Below, piece by piece: positions 1 to 11,165 of a stretch of DNA of 64,000 nucleotides (its first letter is position 1; each line of letters begins with the position of its first letter). Source of the stretch: Anthoceros angustus (Eukaryota > Plantae > Anthocerotophyta); assembly GCA_010909165.1 (NCBI GenBank), contig VJWM01000309.1, positions 1 through 64,000 on the forward strand, in the 5' to 3' direction. A program made the position numbers and the translations under genes. The notes beneath the pieces were generated by a model. It ran no database searches. It saw only the letters and a program-made list of their open reading frames with translations, and was not told where the DNA came from.

Positions 1-780
1 TGTGCATCTTCATCTTCCTCGATGATTGCCTCCACCTATGACAAATGGTCCTTGGTGAAGATGGGGCTCCGTTATGCGCACTTGAGTGTGAGGCAAATGT
101 TCCATCCGGCGACATCACAATTTTGGAGAGACTACAGCTCGCTTGCTCGATCGTGCCGTCAAGCTTCCCTCAGGCGAGCCGCATTAGGCGGGTTATAAAT
201 ACTTGAAACGTTCGTTTTGGCGCCTGAAAGGCAGGGATGGGGAAAGCGAGGTTGAGACCACGAGGCGGGTGGCGGTGCGGAAGGGCGGCGTTGAAAGGAG
301 CAGGACGGGAGCCGTTGAGAGGAGGTGGAGGAGCCGTTGAGAGGAGGCAGCCGGACGCCCGTTGCGGTAAGGAGACAGGAAGAAAGGAGGCATGCGCGCA
401 GGCCTCTCTCGGCTGCATCGGGGTGCGTGGCCGGGTGACAAGCTATTTTCTAGCTTTGCCATACGGTGGCGGTAGAAGGCGTGCCGATGAACCTTAGCGC
501 ATCGGAACCCGGCGCCAAGATAAATACGTGCGTGACATCGGCGATAGCGAGTAGCTTGCGAGCAATCTGGCGCACATACGATTTGAAGGGTGCGGCTGGA
601 TGGGAAGCCTTGGTTCGCTCAATGGAACCATAGGCGACCCGATCGTATGTTACATCCATGTTATACAAGCGCAACATAAGCGCGCACACCTAAACCCGAT
701 CCTGCAACCATGGCCATTTATTTACAGCCGCATGTGATATGTAACACACATTGTAACAGGAACATGCAAGTTCTAGTAGT

Positions 781-1340
781 GGGGGGAGAAAAAGGAACAG
801 AGTCCAAGCCGCCTCATCTCTAGGGTCAAGCGCAAGGCAATCTAGAGGAAGCCGGTGTACAAGGCGAACGTCATCATGCAGGTACTTCGGGAGGCGCCGA
901 AAAAGGCAGGGTCCCGGAAAGCGCGCTTCGAATAGGGTGAGCAAATGATCCAATTGCATTCGCGACCACTGCCAAGACTTTGGGGGCGGGCCAAGGGGAG
1001 CATCCAAATTCAGAGCCAGATGTATAGCCTCTCTAGAAGAAGCAAGCCTCACCTGAGCCTCCCAGGTGGTTTGGTCGAAGTCCTTGTATTTGTGCCCAAT
1101 GTGACATTTCACCCCCTTGACCCCAGAGCACAGCTGAGCGCAAATTGGATGGGGGTGTTCTTGACTGCCACTAAAGGAGTGGATTGCACCACAAGGGAGA
1201 GGGCAGGAACAAACGAGAACGACACGATGCAGGGAACAACTTCTGGACGACTGCGCGAGGGTGTCAGGGTCGAGGGGGCATTGGGTGCCAAGGACAAAGC
1301 GTCCCCGGCATTTACCAGACATACGAAGTACATGCTCCAT
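781..1340 (-). mobile_element. Degenerate 5' fragment of a probable CRE-like non-LTR retrotransposon ORF
   Basis: ORF 690..1340 has a decayed C2H2 finger (HPICAQLCSGVKGVKCHIGHK) followed by DEAAWTLFLFLP, resembling the pre-RT segment of CRE-clade elements. No RT domain is present, and the resemblance stops at the G-run near 781. Confidence 0.3.
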
Positions 1341-1444
1341 ATGGCAAGGCCCATTAGGCTGGCCGAAGGCCCCTGTCTAGAGGGTCCCAACCCAACAAAA
1401 CACCTTGCAACCCACTGCGCAGACCCCTGCTCCCGAAATCCTGA

Positions 1445-1725
1445 ACAAAAACCCTAAAAGCCCGTGGCGGGCAGTGATGGCCCGCTAAAGCCAGCAAATC
1501 AAAAGTCGGGCCCGCACCCCCCATCTGCCCAGACCCTCAACCTGGAAGACCAACTGCTGCAAAACCCTAAACCTATCAAACCCTACACCTGAAGCCGGCT
1601 CGCTGCTGGGTCTCACCACTGCAAAACTCCACCCCATGTGTGAAAGCCCTAAAGCCACAGAACCCTAAATCTAGAAGACCAGCCGCCGCAAAGCCCTAAA
1701 CCTGGAAGCTGGCTTACCACCGGGC
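1445..1725 (+). repeat. Degenerate repeats rich in telobox-like AAACCCTAA motifs
   Basis: AAACCCTAA at 1449 and 1562, variants at 1578, 1661 and 1691. The module ACCCTAAACCTGGAAGACCA.C.GC.GC recurs at about 1533 and 1662. Confidence 0.55.
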
Positions 1726-2587
1726 CCTGCTTCCACGACCTCCCGGGCTCTCCCGGGACTACTTGTTCAGCGCAAATTGTACTTGCTCAGTGTGGCACAA
1801 GCGCACGTCAGGACGACATGGCAGGTAACCGAGCGAGTAGCTATCTGGGCGGGGCCGGGTCCGGGGAAGGTGAGCCAAGGGCGCCTAGGGAAGAAAGGAG
1901 GAAACAAAGAGAGCCTACAATGGCCGAGAACCACGGGTTGACCTCAAACCGAGTGACCGAATGTCCGTCTTGGCATGGAAGCAACGCTCACGCCCCCTGA
2001 AAGGAAGGTTTGATCTGCAGGCGGAAATGGTGTCCCATCATCACTTGCTCCTCTCTCAAAGCACTCCTCCTTTTTGCTACTGTGCGCCCTCTCCCTCTCG
2101 GTCTAGCCCCTCCCTTTCTCACGCTCCCATTGCCGCTCTCGGTTCTTCCATCTCTCCATTCCAGCTCTCCCGCTTGACTTCATGTGGCAAATTATCCCAC
2201 ATCGGGGAACTCAGTAGCGTGCACACAATCCGCTATCATATGGCCGGAGCATAAATCTCTGCAATAAAGTTCTGATTGTTTTTTTTTTTTTAAGTTATGG
2301 TTCTGATTTTTCTTTATTCAGAGTTTAATTTAACCATTAAATCTTAAATAGACTCTACTACGTTTTGGTAGCTGTCCATACTACACGGATTCAACCCAAG
2401 TATGTAATCAAAAGACATTCTTCGAACTATGACTAAGTTTTTAAGTTGTGCATGCTTTCTTTGTGGGTTCACACGTTCGCATCACAAGCTATTAGTATGG
2501 CTGGTGGATGCATGCTTGCCTTATGTTGCCTTATGTGCATCCACACTCTGGTTTGTTTCTCACTTTAGTGCAAGGCATTACGATTTA

Positions 2588-2910
2588 AGCACTCTACCAG
2601 TTTCCATAACTAGCTAATCGGTATTGTCTACATTACAATTCAAGCACTCATGTATAGTTTACATTACAATTCAAACAGTCCATTATTATCTACATTACAA
2701 TTCAAGCTTATTGTCTACATTACAATTCAGGCACTCCGATATTGTCTACAATACAATTCAAGCACTCCGGTATTGTCTGCATTAATATCAAGCACTCTTT
2801 ACCACTTTCCACAGCCAGCACTCTTTACCGCTTTCCATAGCTAGCACTCTTTACCACTTTCCATAGCTAGCACTCTTTACTACTTTCCATAGCTAGCCAA
2901 CCGGCATTGT
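2588..2910 (+). repeat. Two adjacent minisatellites (about 31-bp unit x6 and 26-bp unit x4)
   Basis: TATTGTCTACATTACAATTCAAGCACTCC-like unit repeated over 2621-2790; AGCACTCTTTACCACTTTCCATAGCT repeated over 2791-2895. Confidence 0.85.
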
Positions 2911-3209
2911 TACGGTACGTCCAGTAAAGCACCCCTATGCATCGAACATACTGCCAGAGTCTGTCCATCCATCATCCTCCATGCTAGTGATACCATACGT
3001 GATAGAAAACATAAGGGAATTATCCGCCATTACTGCTCGGATGCAGGCGGAACTCTATGGTAGGCACGCTACCGTAACATTCGCAAAGAGGGTGTAACAT
3101 CGAGCGACGGTTCCAATTTCCTGAGCCGCTACTAAGGTCACCCGATGGGCAAGGCTACTATATTTCGGGTATCGCTGCAGGAGAGCTGGCCGAAGTCTAG
3201 GACATTCGT

Positions 3210-6008
3210 TCATAAACATGCTGTAGACGTACAGGTTGGAGCGTAATCAAGATGAGTATTATTATTATACCCTAGTTTACTCATGTTGCAAAACAGTTGT
3301 TTCAGCCTTAAATATATGTCCTCAATCTCAGGGTGTTTTTTATCCCCAACCGAAAAGCTATGTACCAGTCCATCCAGGTCTGTCCAGCAGCTCTGGCCTG
3401 GTTCCTTCCATGCCCCGATTTCTAGTCTCCTCGCCTGCATTTCCTCCGCCTGCTTCCACATCTGGGCATCGGAGTATATCTTGGACATCAACACATAGGC
3501 TGAGGCATCTTTCTTGTCTAGCTTCACTGCTTCATCGAAAGCCCGGAGTCCCACCTCCACCTTGCTCCACTTCCGACAAGCTCCTAACAGAGTGTGCCAA
3601 ACTGCAGCAGTAGGCAGGACAGGCATTGCCGTTACCAGAGCCAGTGCCTCGTCCAGATGGCCTGCACGGCCGAGGAGATCCACCATGCAAGTGTAGTGCT
3701 CCACCGCTGGTGGGATGCCATAGTTTTTGCTCATGGCCTCGAAGTACTCTTGCCCCTTGTTCACCAGGCCTGTGTGACTGCATACTGTGAGGACACTAAG
3801 GAAGGTGAGGGTGTCTGGCTGGATGCCATCCTGCCTCATTCTGCAAACCAAGTTAAAGACCTCTTCACTGTCGCCCAGACGAGTGTATCCTGCAATCAGC
3901 GCACTCCAGCTGACGACATCTCGGTGGGTCAACGCATTGAACACCTCCTGTGCATCAACCATGCTCCCCGACTTAGCATACATGTTGATCAGACTGTTGC
4001 CTACATTCGCCTGGGCGTGAAACCCTTGATCTTCAATCTGTGCATGAAGCTGCCTTCCCACATCCAAAGCTGCCACACTCGCACATGCCTGCAGGAGGCA
4101 CATAAATGTGACAGCGTCGGCTGGAGAAGCACCGTTTTGTCCCATAGCACTATACAGGTGAAGGGCTTCCAGGCCCAAGCCCTGCAGGGCATATCCTGCT
4201 ATCAGAGCAGTCCATGTCACCAAAGTCTTGTGACCCATGCTGTCAAACACATTCCGTGCATCCTCTAAACTCCCACACTTTGCATACATGTTTACTAGGC
4301 TTCCGCCTACAACTGCGTCAGCTTGGAGTCCTCGTTCTCGAATTTGCACGTGAAGCTGCTTCCCCTTCTCCAAAGCTGAGGTGCCCAAACTTGCGCACGC
4401 TTGTAGGAGGCATATGAATGTCACAGAATCGGGTATAGCTGTGCCCTCTTCCTCCATAGCCCTGTAAAGACTCAGGGCTTCGTCACCCAAGCCCTGCTGG
4501 GCATATCCTGCTATCAGGGCATTCCACATCACCACATTCTTCTGAGCCAGTCCATCAAACACAGCCCGAGCATTCTCTGGGCTGCCGCACTTTGTGTACA
4601 TGCTCACCAAACTGGTGGCTACAAAGACGTCAGCCTGAAGCTCTCGTTCTCTAATTTGTGCATGAAGCTCCATCCCTTTCTCCAACGCCGCAGAGCCCAT
4701 ACTTGCACATGCCCGCAAGAGGCACACGAAAGTCACATAATCGAGTCCAGCAATGCCTTCTTCTCCCATGTTGCGGTACAGACCAAGGGCTTCCTCTCCC
4801 ATGCCCTGCTGCAAATACCCTGCTATCATGGCAGTCCATGTCACCACATTCTTTTGAGAAAGTCTGTCAAACAAGCCTCTAGCATCCTCCACGCTGCCAC
4901 ACTTGGCATACATATTCACCAGGCTCCCACCTACACGCACATCACCCTGAAATCCTTGTTCCCTAATCTGTGCATGAAGCTGTTTCCCCTTCTCCAAAGC
5001 TGGGGTGCCCACACTCGCACACGCCTGTAGGGCAGATACATACGTCACGGAATCAGGCGTAGCCATGCCTTCCTCCTCCATAGCACTAAAAAGACTGAGA
5101 GCTTCCCGACCCATGCTTTGCTGAGAATATCCTGCTATCATGGCATTCCATGTCACCACATTCTTTTGTGCAAGCCCATCAAACACTCTTTGTGCCTCTT
5201 CCAAGCTCCCGCACTTTGCATACATGTCCACCAACCCACTACAAACGAACACATCAGGCTGAACCCCATTATCCATCATATCAGCATGCACCTGCTGCCC
5301 TGATTTCAAGTCTCCCCCTCGTGCACAAGCCTGAAGAGCTGCTACAAACACATGCCCATCTGGCTTCACATTTGACCTCCGCATCCTCTGGTACAGCTGT
5401 ATGGCCTCATCATCTTTTCCATGCTTAACATGCGCAGAAATTATGGCAGACCAGGTAAAGGCGTCTGGTCTGGAGACCACTCCAAACACATCCATCGCGT
5501 CTTGCAAAAGGCCATGAGAAGCATACATCCGCATGATGTGGTTGCACAAGAACGTATCCGACCCATACCCATCCTTCAAGGCTAGAGCATGCACCCGGCG
5601 ACCCAGCTCCAGGTCCCCCTCAACCCCACATCTCTTCAGGACAGCATAAAAGAGAAACTGTGAAACCCCACAACCTGTCTGCACCAGAACTCCCAAACCC
5701 TCAACAGCCTCACTGAGCAGTCCATGCTGACAAAGCTGGTTCACGAATTCGGTCGTTAAGCCCCTTCCATATTCGGCATGCCTGGGAGGGTCACCATAAT
5801 CCGGCCCGCTCCAGCTGGACGTAGGAGCAAGACAACCCATCTGCATGTGCACGAACGGCTCCTCCAAAACACACGAGCAATCTGGCCATACTCCTATCAG
5901 TCGTGGCCTCGGACAGGAATTCCTCCTGCACACCGAACCCCACGGTACCTCAAACCCTGTCCACAACGACGCCATCCATTGGTTAGTATGCCTGCAATCT
6001 GCAAGCAT
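3210..6008 (-). CDS. PLS-class pentatricopeptide repeat protein with E1/E2/E+ extension and no DYW domain (organellar RNA-editing factor-like)
   Basis: Intronless ORF of about 930 aa with many P-L-S motifs (VVTWNAMIAGY, LVNMYAKCGS), an E domain (HYTCMVDLLGRAG...AYVLMSKIY) and PG box KEPGQSCWTD...HSFSVGDKKHP. It ends after GY without HSEKLA. First ATG is at 6008. Confidence 0.95.
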   Translation of the reverse strand: MLADCRHTNQWMASLWTGFEVPWGSVCRRNSCPRPRLIGVWPDCSCVLEEPFVHMQMGCLAPTSSWSGPDYGDPPRHAEYGRGLTTEFVNQLCQHGLLSEAVEGLGVLVQTGCGVSQFLFYAVLKRCGVEGDLELGRRVHALALKDGYGSDTFLCNHIMRMYASHGLLQDAMDVFGVVSRPDAFTWSAIISAHVKHGKDDEAIQLYQRMRRSNVKPDGHVFVAALQACARGGDLKSGQQVHADMMDNGVQPDVFVCSGLVDMYAKCGSLEEAQRVFDGLAQKNVVTWNAMIAGYSQQSMGREALSLFSAMEEEGMATPDSVTYVSALQACASVGTPALEKGKQLHAQIREQGFQGDVRVGGSLVNMYAKCGSVEDARGLFDRLSQKNVVTWTAMIAGYLQQGMGEEALGLYRNMGEEGIAGLDYVTFVCLLRACASMGSAALEKGMELHAQIRERELQADVFVATSLVSMYTKCGSPENARAVFDGLAQKNVVMWNALIAGYAQQGLGDEALSLYRAMEEEGTAIPDSVTFICLLQACASLGTSALEKGKQLHVQIRERGLQADAVVGGSLVNMYAKCGSLEDARNVFDSMGHKTLVTWTALIAGYALQGLGLEALHLYSAMGQNGASPADAVTFMCLLQACASVAALDVGRQLHAQIEDQGFHAQANVGNSLINMYAKSGSMVDAQEVFNALTHRDVVSWSALIAGYTRLGDSEEVFNLVCRMRQDGIQPDTLTFLSVLTVCSHTGLVNKGQEYFEAMSKNYGIPPAVEHYTCMVDLLGRAGHLDEALALVTAMPVLPTAAVWHTLLGACRKWSKVEVGLRAFDEAVKLDKKDASAYVLMSKIYSDAQMWKQAEEMQARRLEIGAWKEPGQSCWTDLDGLVHSFSVGDKKHPEIEDIYLRLKQLFCNMSKLGYNNNTHLDYAPTCTSTACL

Positions 6009-6281
6009 ACTGACCAAACTGTCCGACTACTACCATATAAGTCGCTGTCCAGCTTGCGCATTCACACACTAATTGCTCCCGTCTGCATGCATGTTACTCC
6101 ACTTGGAGCCTTCCCACGGCACAAACGAAACATAGAGCAATGCAATGCGGGCTGACAGGGTTCTTGCTACAAGCGAAGTTGCAACGTGTGGATATGTGAG
6201 GTGGTTTATAACTCATCGTGGATTCGTATCTCGTCAGGGACGCTGAAAGACCTACAACAGCGTTGGGCAGAATCTAGCTAT

Positions 6282-6463
6282 TGTTAAACAAATAGGAAAA
6301 ATGGCACAAAGCACAAGAATAGAGCAAGAATGAAGTTTCGCATGGAGCCAGTAGAGGAGCGAATATAAGGCCTCTTTATATTGGGAAAGTTATTAAACTA
6401 CAAACTAGAGTAACTTTTGGGTTGTTCATGAGACAACTTCTAGTAACTTACTTACAATACTCC
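6282..6463 (-). mobile_element. Probable short copia-type LTR relic, with a diverged second copy at about 8079-8172
   Basis: Bounded by TG(6282)...CA(6456) and followed by ATACTCC, the reverse complement of a GGAGTAT PPT end. A similar ~85-bp segment (TTAAACAAATAG...CACAAGAA..GCAAGAATGAAGTTT) recurs at 8079. Confidence 0.35.
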
Positions 6464-7150
6464 ATGTGAGCAAGGGGTTCATGTTATACACGTATAGCAC
6501 CTTCCTCAGGCAAGATGAGGGGGATTTTTAATGGCATTAAAAAAAATTTAGTGATTATAAGAACTTGTGAGAATACTGGTCAAGAAGGAAAAGGCCACGG
6601 TATGAATCTTGAACCTCCTATTGTTGTTGTTGTGATCGTTCTTCTTATTGTTGTTTTTTATCATCGTCGTTTTTTTGTTGATTGTTATCGTTGTCATTGT
6701 CCTATTATCATTGTCGTTGTATTGTTATTCTGTTGTCATGAATTTGTCCTACGATTTTCAACCTATGAAGGCAGAATCTATCAAACCCAGCGCATTTTTT
6801 AATGTCTTTTTGTGCTATATTCTTGTCATATGTCATTTGTTATATTCTTGTCATCTATTATATTTGCACTTGAGAATTGAGCAAGCCGTTATTTGCAAAA
6901 TTGTGCTCGATATCTTGTCTTATTGCAGAAATAACATAAGAACTAACGCTGACTTAACCTTGGCCCTCTCCAAATCTTATCGAAAATTGATCTTATCTAC
7001 TATCAACTTTTTATATAAAGAATTCATTGTTAGCCCATCTATATGAACAATGTTACGAGCAAATGACTGGGAAGTGAAGACAGACTTCTCAAGATAATAG
7101 CAACAATTTTTTTTTCGCCAACCCTACAACTAGTAGCACAAATCTCACTT

Positions 7151-7950
7151 AGTGAGTTAATCTCTAATAAATGATTTTTAATAAATTCCCCCTCCTATAC
7201 ATCCTTAGGAAATGCAACTTGTTAGGTAAGTGAGTTAATCTCTAATAAATTATTTTTAATATTCTCCCCCGCCTACAACCTTAGAGAATGCAACTTGTTA
7301 GAAAGATACACATAGGTATGCAAACCATGTTGTGCATTCATAGCAACCAAGTCCATGCCTATTGAGAGGTTTTTGCCTATGTTGTGCATTCATAGCAACC
7401 AACCTCGTCCATGCCTATTGAGAGGTTTTTGCCTATGTTGTGCATTCATAGCAACCAAACTCGTCCATGCATAATGAGAGGTTCTTGCCTCCATTACGTT
7501 TATCATCTACTTTGGCTCCAATGTAGGAGCCAATGGAGTGATACTAATCTTGAAAGCTTTAATATCATTAGCAATCCAATGTTCGCGTTGAGCCGAAATG
7601 CTTTGACTCCAATGTAGGAGCCAATGGAGTGATACTAATCTTGAAAGCTTTAATATGATTAGCAATCCAATGTTCCCGTTGAGCCGAAATGCTTTGTTCC
7701 GAAAGAACGAGGCATTCCTTTGTTCATTCGGTTCCCGTTGAGCCGGAATGCTTTGTTCCGAAAGAATGATGCATTCCTTTGTTCATTTGGTTCCCGTTGA
7801 GCCGGAATGCTTTGTTCCGAAAGAATGAGGCATTTCTACGAACATCCTTCTACAATCTTCTGAAATGCTTTGTTCCGAAAGAACGAGGCATTCCTCCGAA
7901 AAACCTTCTACAATCTGAATGGTACGAAAATCCTTCTACAATCTGAATGG
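7151..7950 (+). repeat. Cascade of tandem duplications (about 78 bp x2, 52-56 bp x3, 91 bp x2, 59 bp x4)
   Basis: Direct repeats read from the sequence: AGTGAGTTAATCTCTAATAAAT (7151, 7229); TGTTGTGCATTCATAGCAACCAA (7328, 7380, 7436); CTCCAATGTAGGAGCCAATGG (7516, 7607); AATGCTTTGTTCCGAAAGAA (7688, 7747, 7806, 7864). Confidence 0.9.
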
Positions 7951-8207
7951 GTGATCTGATTCCCAGTCATTTCTGGGTGAGGATTTCTCCCCCAGGGTTG
8001 TTTTGATTTATTTTCAAAATACTAAATTAAAAAAAAATAATTCCCAGCCATCATGTACATAGGCCATCATGTGGCATATTAAACAAATAGAGGAAATGAC
8101 ACAAAACACAAGAAAAGGGCAAGAATGAAGTTTTGAATGTAGTCAATATAGTGGCTGCAAACCTTTCATATACTAGCCCAGGAATGAGAGTAAAGTTTTG
8201 CAAGGGA

Positions 8208-8366
8208 CAACTCCTACTAACTTGTATATCCTCTCAACTCCTACTAACTTGGAGTTAGAGACAACCCCTACTAACTTGTATATCCTCTCAACTCCTACTA
8301 ACTTGGAGACAACTCCTACTAACTCTACTAACTTGGAGACAACTCCTACTAACTTCTATATCCTTT
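8208..8366 (+). repeat. Minisatellite built on AACTCCTACTAACTT
   Basis: About 7 copies with alternating GTATATCCTCTC or GGAGAC linkers. A separate GGTTTGGCCTGCC.GGGAAACACTTCTA duplicate sits at 8398 and 8442. Confidence 0.85.
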
Positions 8367-8671
8367 CCGCAACACCAAAGTTCAATTGTATGTTCATGGT
8401 TTGGCCTGCCCAGGGAAACACTTCTAGGGCTCATGAGTCCACGGTTTGGCCTGCCTGGGGAAACACTTCTAAGGTTACGAGAAACGTCTAAAGGTATGAG
8501 AGGGGATTTACGCTTCTGCTTTGATATAACATCATTTTGACTGATTTGATACAAATAACAATCCCGACATATGGCTAGGTAGCTGCGTGTACAGAGTAGG
8601 TAATGGTCTGTCGATAATAAAAAAATAACTGATTTGTGGTAGGAAGAAACGCACCCAGGAGGTAAACAGCA

Positions 8672-9904
8672 TCATACCAGATGCCTTGAGCTGAGATCAA
8701 AGTGGTAAGGTTGACAATCCCCATTCCACTTCGTGGTCCATTTGTCCTGAAAAGGAACACACCACCCTTGCCATTTTTTAAGAGCAACATGGTAGCACAC
8801 CACATGTTTCACCTTGGTGCTCAAGGGCCCCAAAATGATAAAACTGCTGCATATGAGGCCCTGGGAGGAGACCACTTTTTGATTACTCCAAGATGTGTTG
8901 CCCCACTCTCCAAGCATGGTTTTCATCTCCCCTTCACCCAGCTCAGCAATCTTGTGGCGACGCATAGTCCACAAGTCTATTTCATAAATCCGCAGCCTGG
9001 GCTTGCTCCTGCTACGCCGAACACGGTAAAGACAGCCCTGATGCTTGACAAGACCAAAGTGGCCTCGCCAGTAGCTTGTGCGCCTGGACAAGATACAACT
9101 GCAATAAGCATCTTCCACAAGCTGCCTCCTTGTATGCTCTGGCAGCACCATTTGGCGACGAGCCGCAACTCCATCCACATATCTGACAGGAATCGATTCC
9201 ACATACGTCCAGCTTGACGTCCTGGAATCGTAGGCGTGCAACCTTGGAGTCTGGACTATTGTCCAATCGACTGTCCCGCACCCAACAAACAGCTTGTAGG
9301 AGTCATAATAGACAAAGAGAGTTGCAAAGAGCACATTAAACGTGTCAGGAAGCTCCAGGTCTGGCAGTTGCTTGAACCTCCTGGTGATAGGATTACAAAT
9401 GTAGAACGGCTGCTGAATGTTACACAGCACATCTTCCTTCCACCGTGTCAGGCAGAGAAGGCCGCCAGCTGCGGAGCAAGGATAAAGGCCGTCCACCGGG
9501 AGATAGGGCAAACCCCATTTGATTTCCCTTATAGGCTCTGGAAGACTAAGAGGTCCCGCCTTGCCTTCCTGTTCATTCAACATCACCATACATGGCGGAG
9601 GAGCAGACAGGCCACTCCACTCGTCCAGAAACCGTGCATCAGACAACAAGTGGAGCCAGGACTTGCAAACAGCACGAAACCGCAGCAGCTGGCGGAGGGG
9701 CAATAGCGTCAGCATCTTCTCCAGGATCTCCTGCGGCAACCAGCTCCACACTGCAGGATCCATACTCACAGAACCGTCTTCCTCTGATTCCACACCATCT
9801 AGCAGAAGGCCGAAATACGTGCCCATGGTTCCCAACCCAGCCTGGATTTCACAAGTATGCTCAGAGTGAGACCCCATCCTAAATTTGGCTATCTTCACAA
9901 CCAT
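8672..9904 (-). CDS. F-box protein with kelch/FBA-like C-terminal region
   Basis: F-box MDPAVWSWLPQEILEKMLTLLPLRQLLRFRAVCKSW, followed by AAGGLLC, ICNPITRRFKQLP and YDSRTSSW. Start uncertain (ATGs at 9904, 9877, 9827, 9763). Confidence 0.88.
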   Translation of the reverse strand: MVVKIAKFRMGSHSEHTCEIQAGLGTMGTYFGLLLDGVESEEDGSVSMDPAVWSWLPQEILEKMLTLLPLRQLLRFRAVCKSWLHLLSDARFLDEWSGLSAPPPCMVMLNEQEGKAGPLSLPEPIREIKWGLPYLPVDGLYPCSAAGGLLCLTRWKEDVLCNIQQPFYICNPITRRFKQLPDLELPDTFNVLFATLFVYYDSYKLFVGCGTVDWTIVQTPRLHAYDSRTSSWTYVESIPVRYVDGVAARRQMVLPEHTRRQLVEDAYCSCILSRRTSYWRGHFGLVKHQGCLYRVRRSRSKPRLRIYEIDLWTMRRHKIAELGEGEMKTMLGEWGNTSWSNQKVVSSQGLICSSFIILGPLSTKVKHVVCYHVALKKWQGWCVPFQDKWTTKWNGDCQPYHFDLSSRHLV

Positions 9905-11165
9905 CAAATCTACCACATTTCCACAACGGATCTACCAACCACGCCTGCCGCCACCCTTCCTCCAATCACAACACTGCAAAAAAAAAGTGAAAACAACACC
10001 ATCCCGTGCAAGTGGAAATACCTGACTCTCCTGCACGGATCTCGGCACCAGCCACGCAGTCCTTAGAACCTCTCCACTTCTCCTCGTACACCTGGCCTAG
10101 CAGCTGCCTTCTTTCATCAAACTCCACCTCAAAAGCAAACGAAACCACCTGCAACACAAACAAAGTCAGAAAACCCAACACTCCTGCACAGTCCAATGAT
10201 TTACACCTTCCATGCAGCCATCATCTTAAACAGGTCCGCCTCCGGAGCAAAGACCTCCTCATGAACCACTAACCCTAATCCTCCGACTCCGCACAAGGGC
10301 CAAAAGCCGAGCACATTTCGGCTACCACCAAGAAAGAAAAAAGAATTCTATTCACAAGCCCCATGAAACCCGACCAACTCAGCCATGGAATCTGCTCACG
10401 ACTGTCCTCCAAACATACCTTTTCTTGAAGTGCGGAACGCACCGTAGATCCAGCTCCAGCTCCAGCTCCGCCTCCAGCTCAGCTCCACAATGCCGACGGG
10501 TGCTCTGTGGGTGAACTCCTTACCGGCAATGCTGCAGCGCCCGCAGCGCTGGGCTGCTGCCCTGCCGCTTACCGTGAGCCTGATGCAAAAGGATTTAAAC
10601 ACGCCATTGCGTGGGTTTAATTCCCTTGGCGTCAGGCCCATGGTAAGTCGTTTCCCCTCGCCTCGACGCTCAACGGGAACCGTAAACGAAAACGGTGACA
10701 CTGAATCATGCTTCCGGCACTAATTGCCTTAATGTCAAGCACAGCTCCGACGACGTCTAAATTAGACGGAGCGTCGTCAATTCCCGACCGATTCTCACAA
10801 ACGGAGACAATAAGAGAGTGTGATCGCTGCCGACTCACTGATGCCTGTTGAATCAAATTGAAGAGAAGGAAGGTGCGTTGATCTCTACGAACACAGCGGA
10901 TTACCACCTTAAAATCGGTGTACGTAGACGACAATCTTGTGATCAATGCTGAAGTCTTGTTTCCCACGAGCTTGCTTGACTTGATTGACATGCTGGAACC
11001 TCGTTTTTTGCGAGGCAGTTGTGTGAAAACGTCACAAATTCCTTTGTTCAGCAGGAATACTACCGGGAAGGAAGCTGGCTGCAGGCGCAAGGGAGTAAGC
11101 TCTCGGGAACTCTACAAAATCTGAGGAAAGCAACGCTTTTGGTTGTCCGCCTCTTCCCGGGTAAG

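Noticed and set aside
1-780. Helitron 3' end (CTAG-T at about 773-777) or a gene in 170-689
   Set aside because: No subterminal GC hairpin is visible, and the ORFs have no recognisable motifs.
6515-7046. Hydrophobic ORFs resembling membrane proteins
   Set aside because: They arise from (GTT/ATT/CAT) low-complexity sequence.
7674-7900. CRISPR-like array of palindromic repeats
   Set aside because: Two of the three spacers are nearly identical, there are no cas genes, and the context is eukaryotic. It is a tandem repeat.
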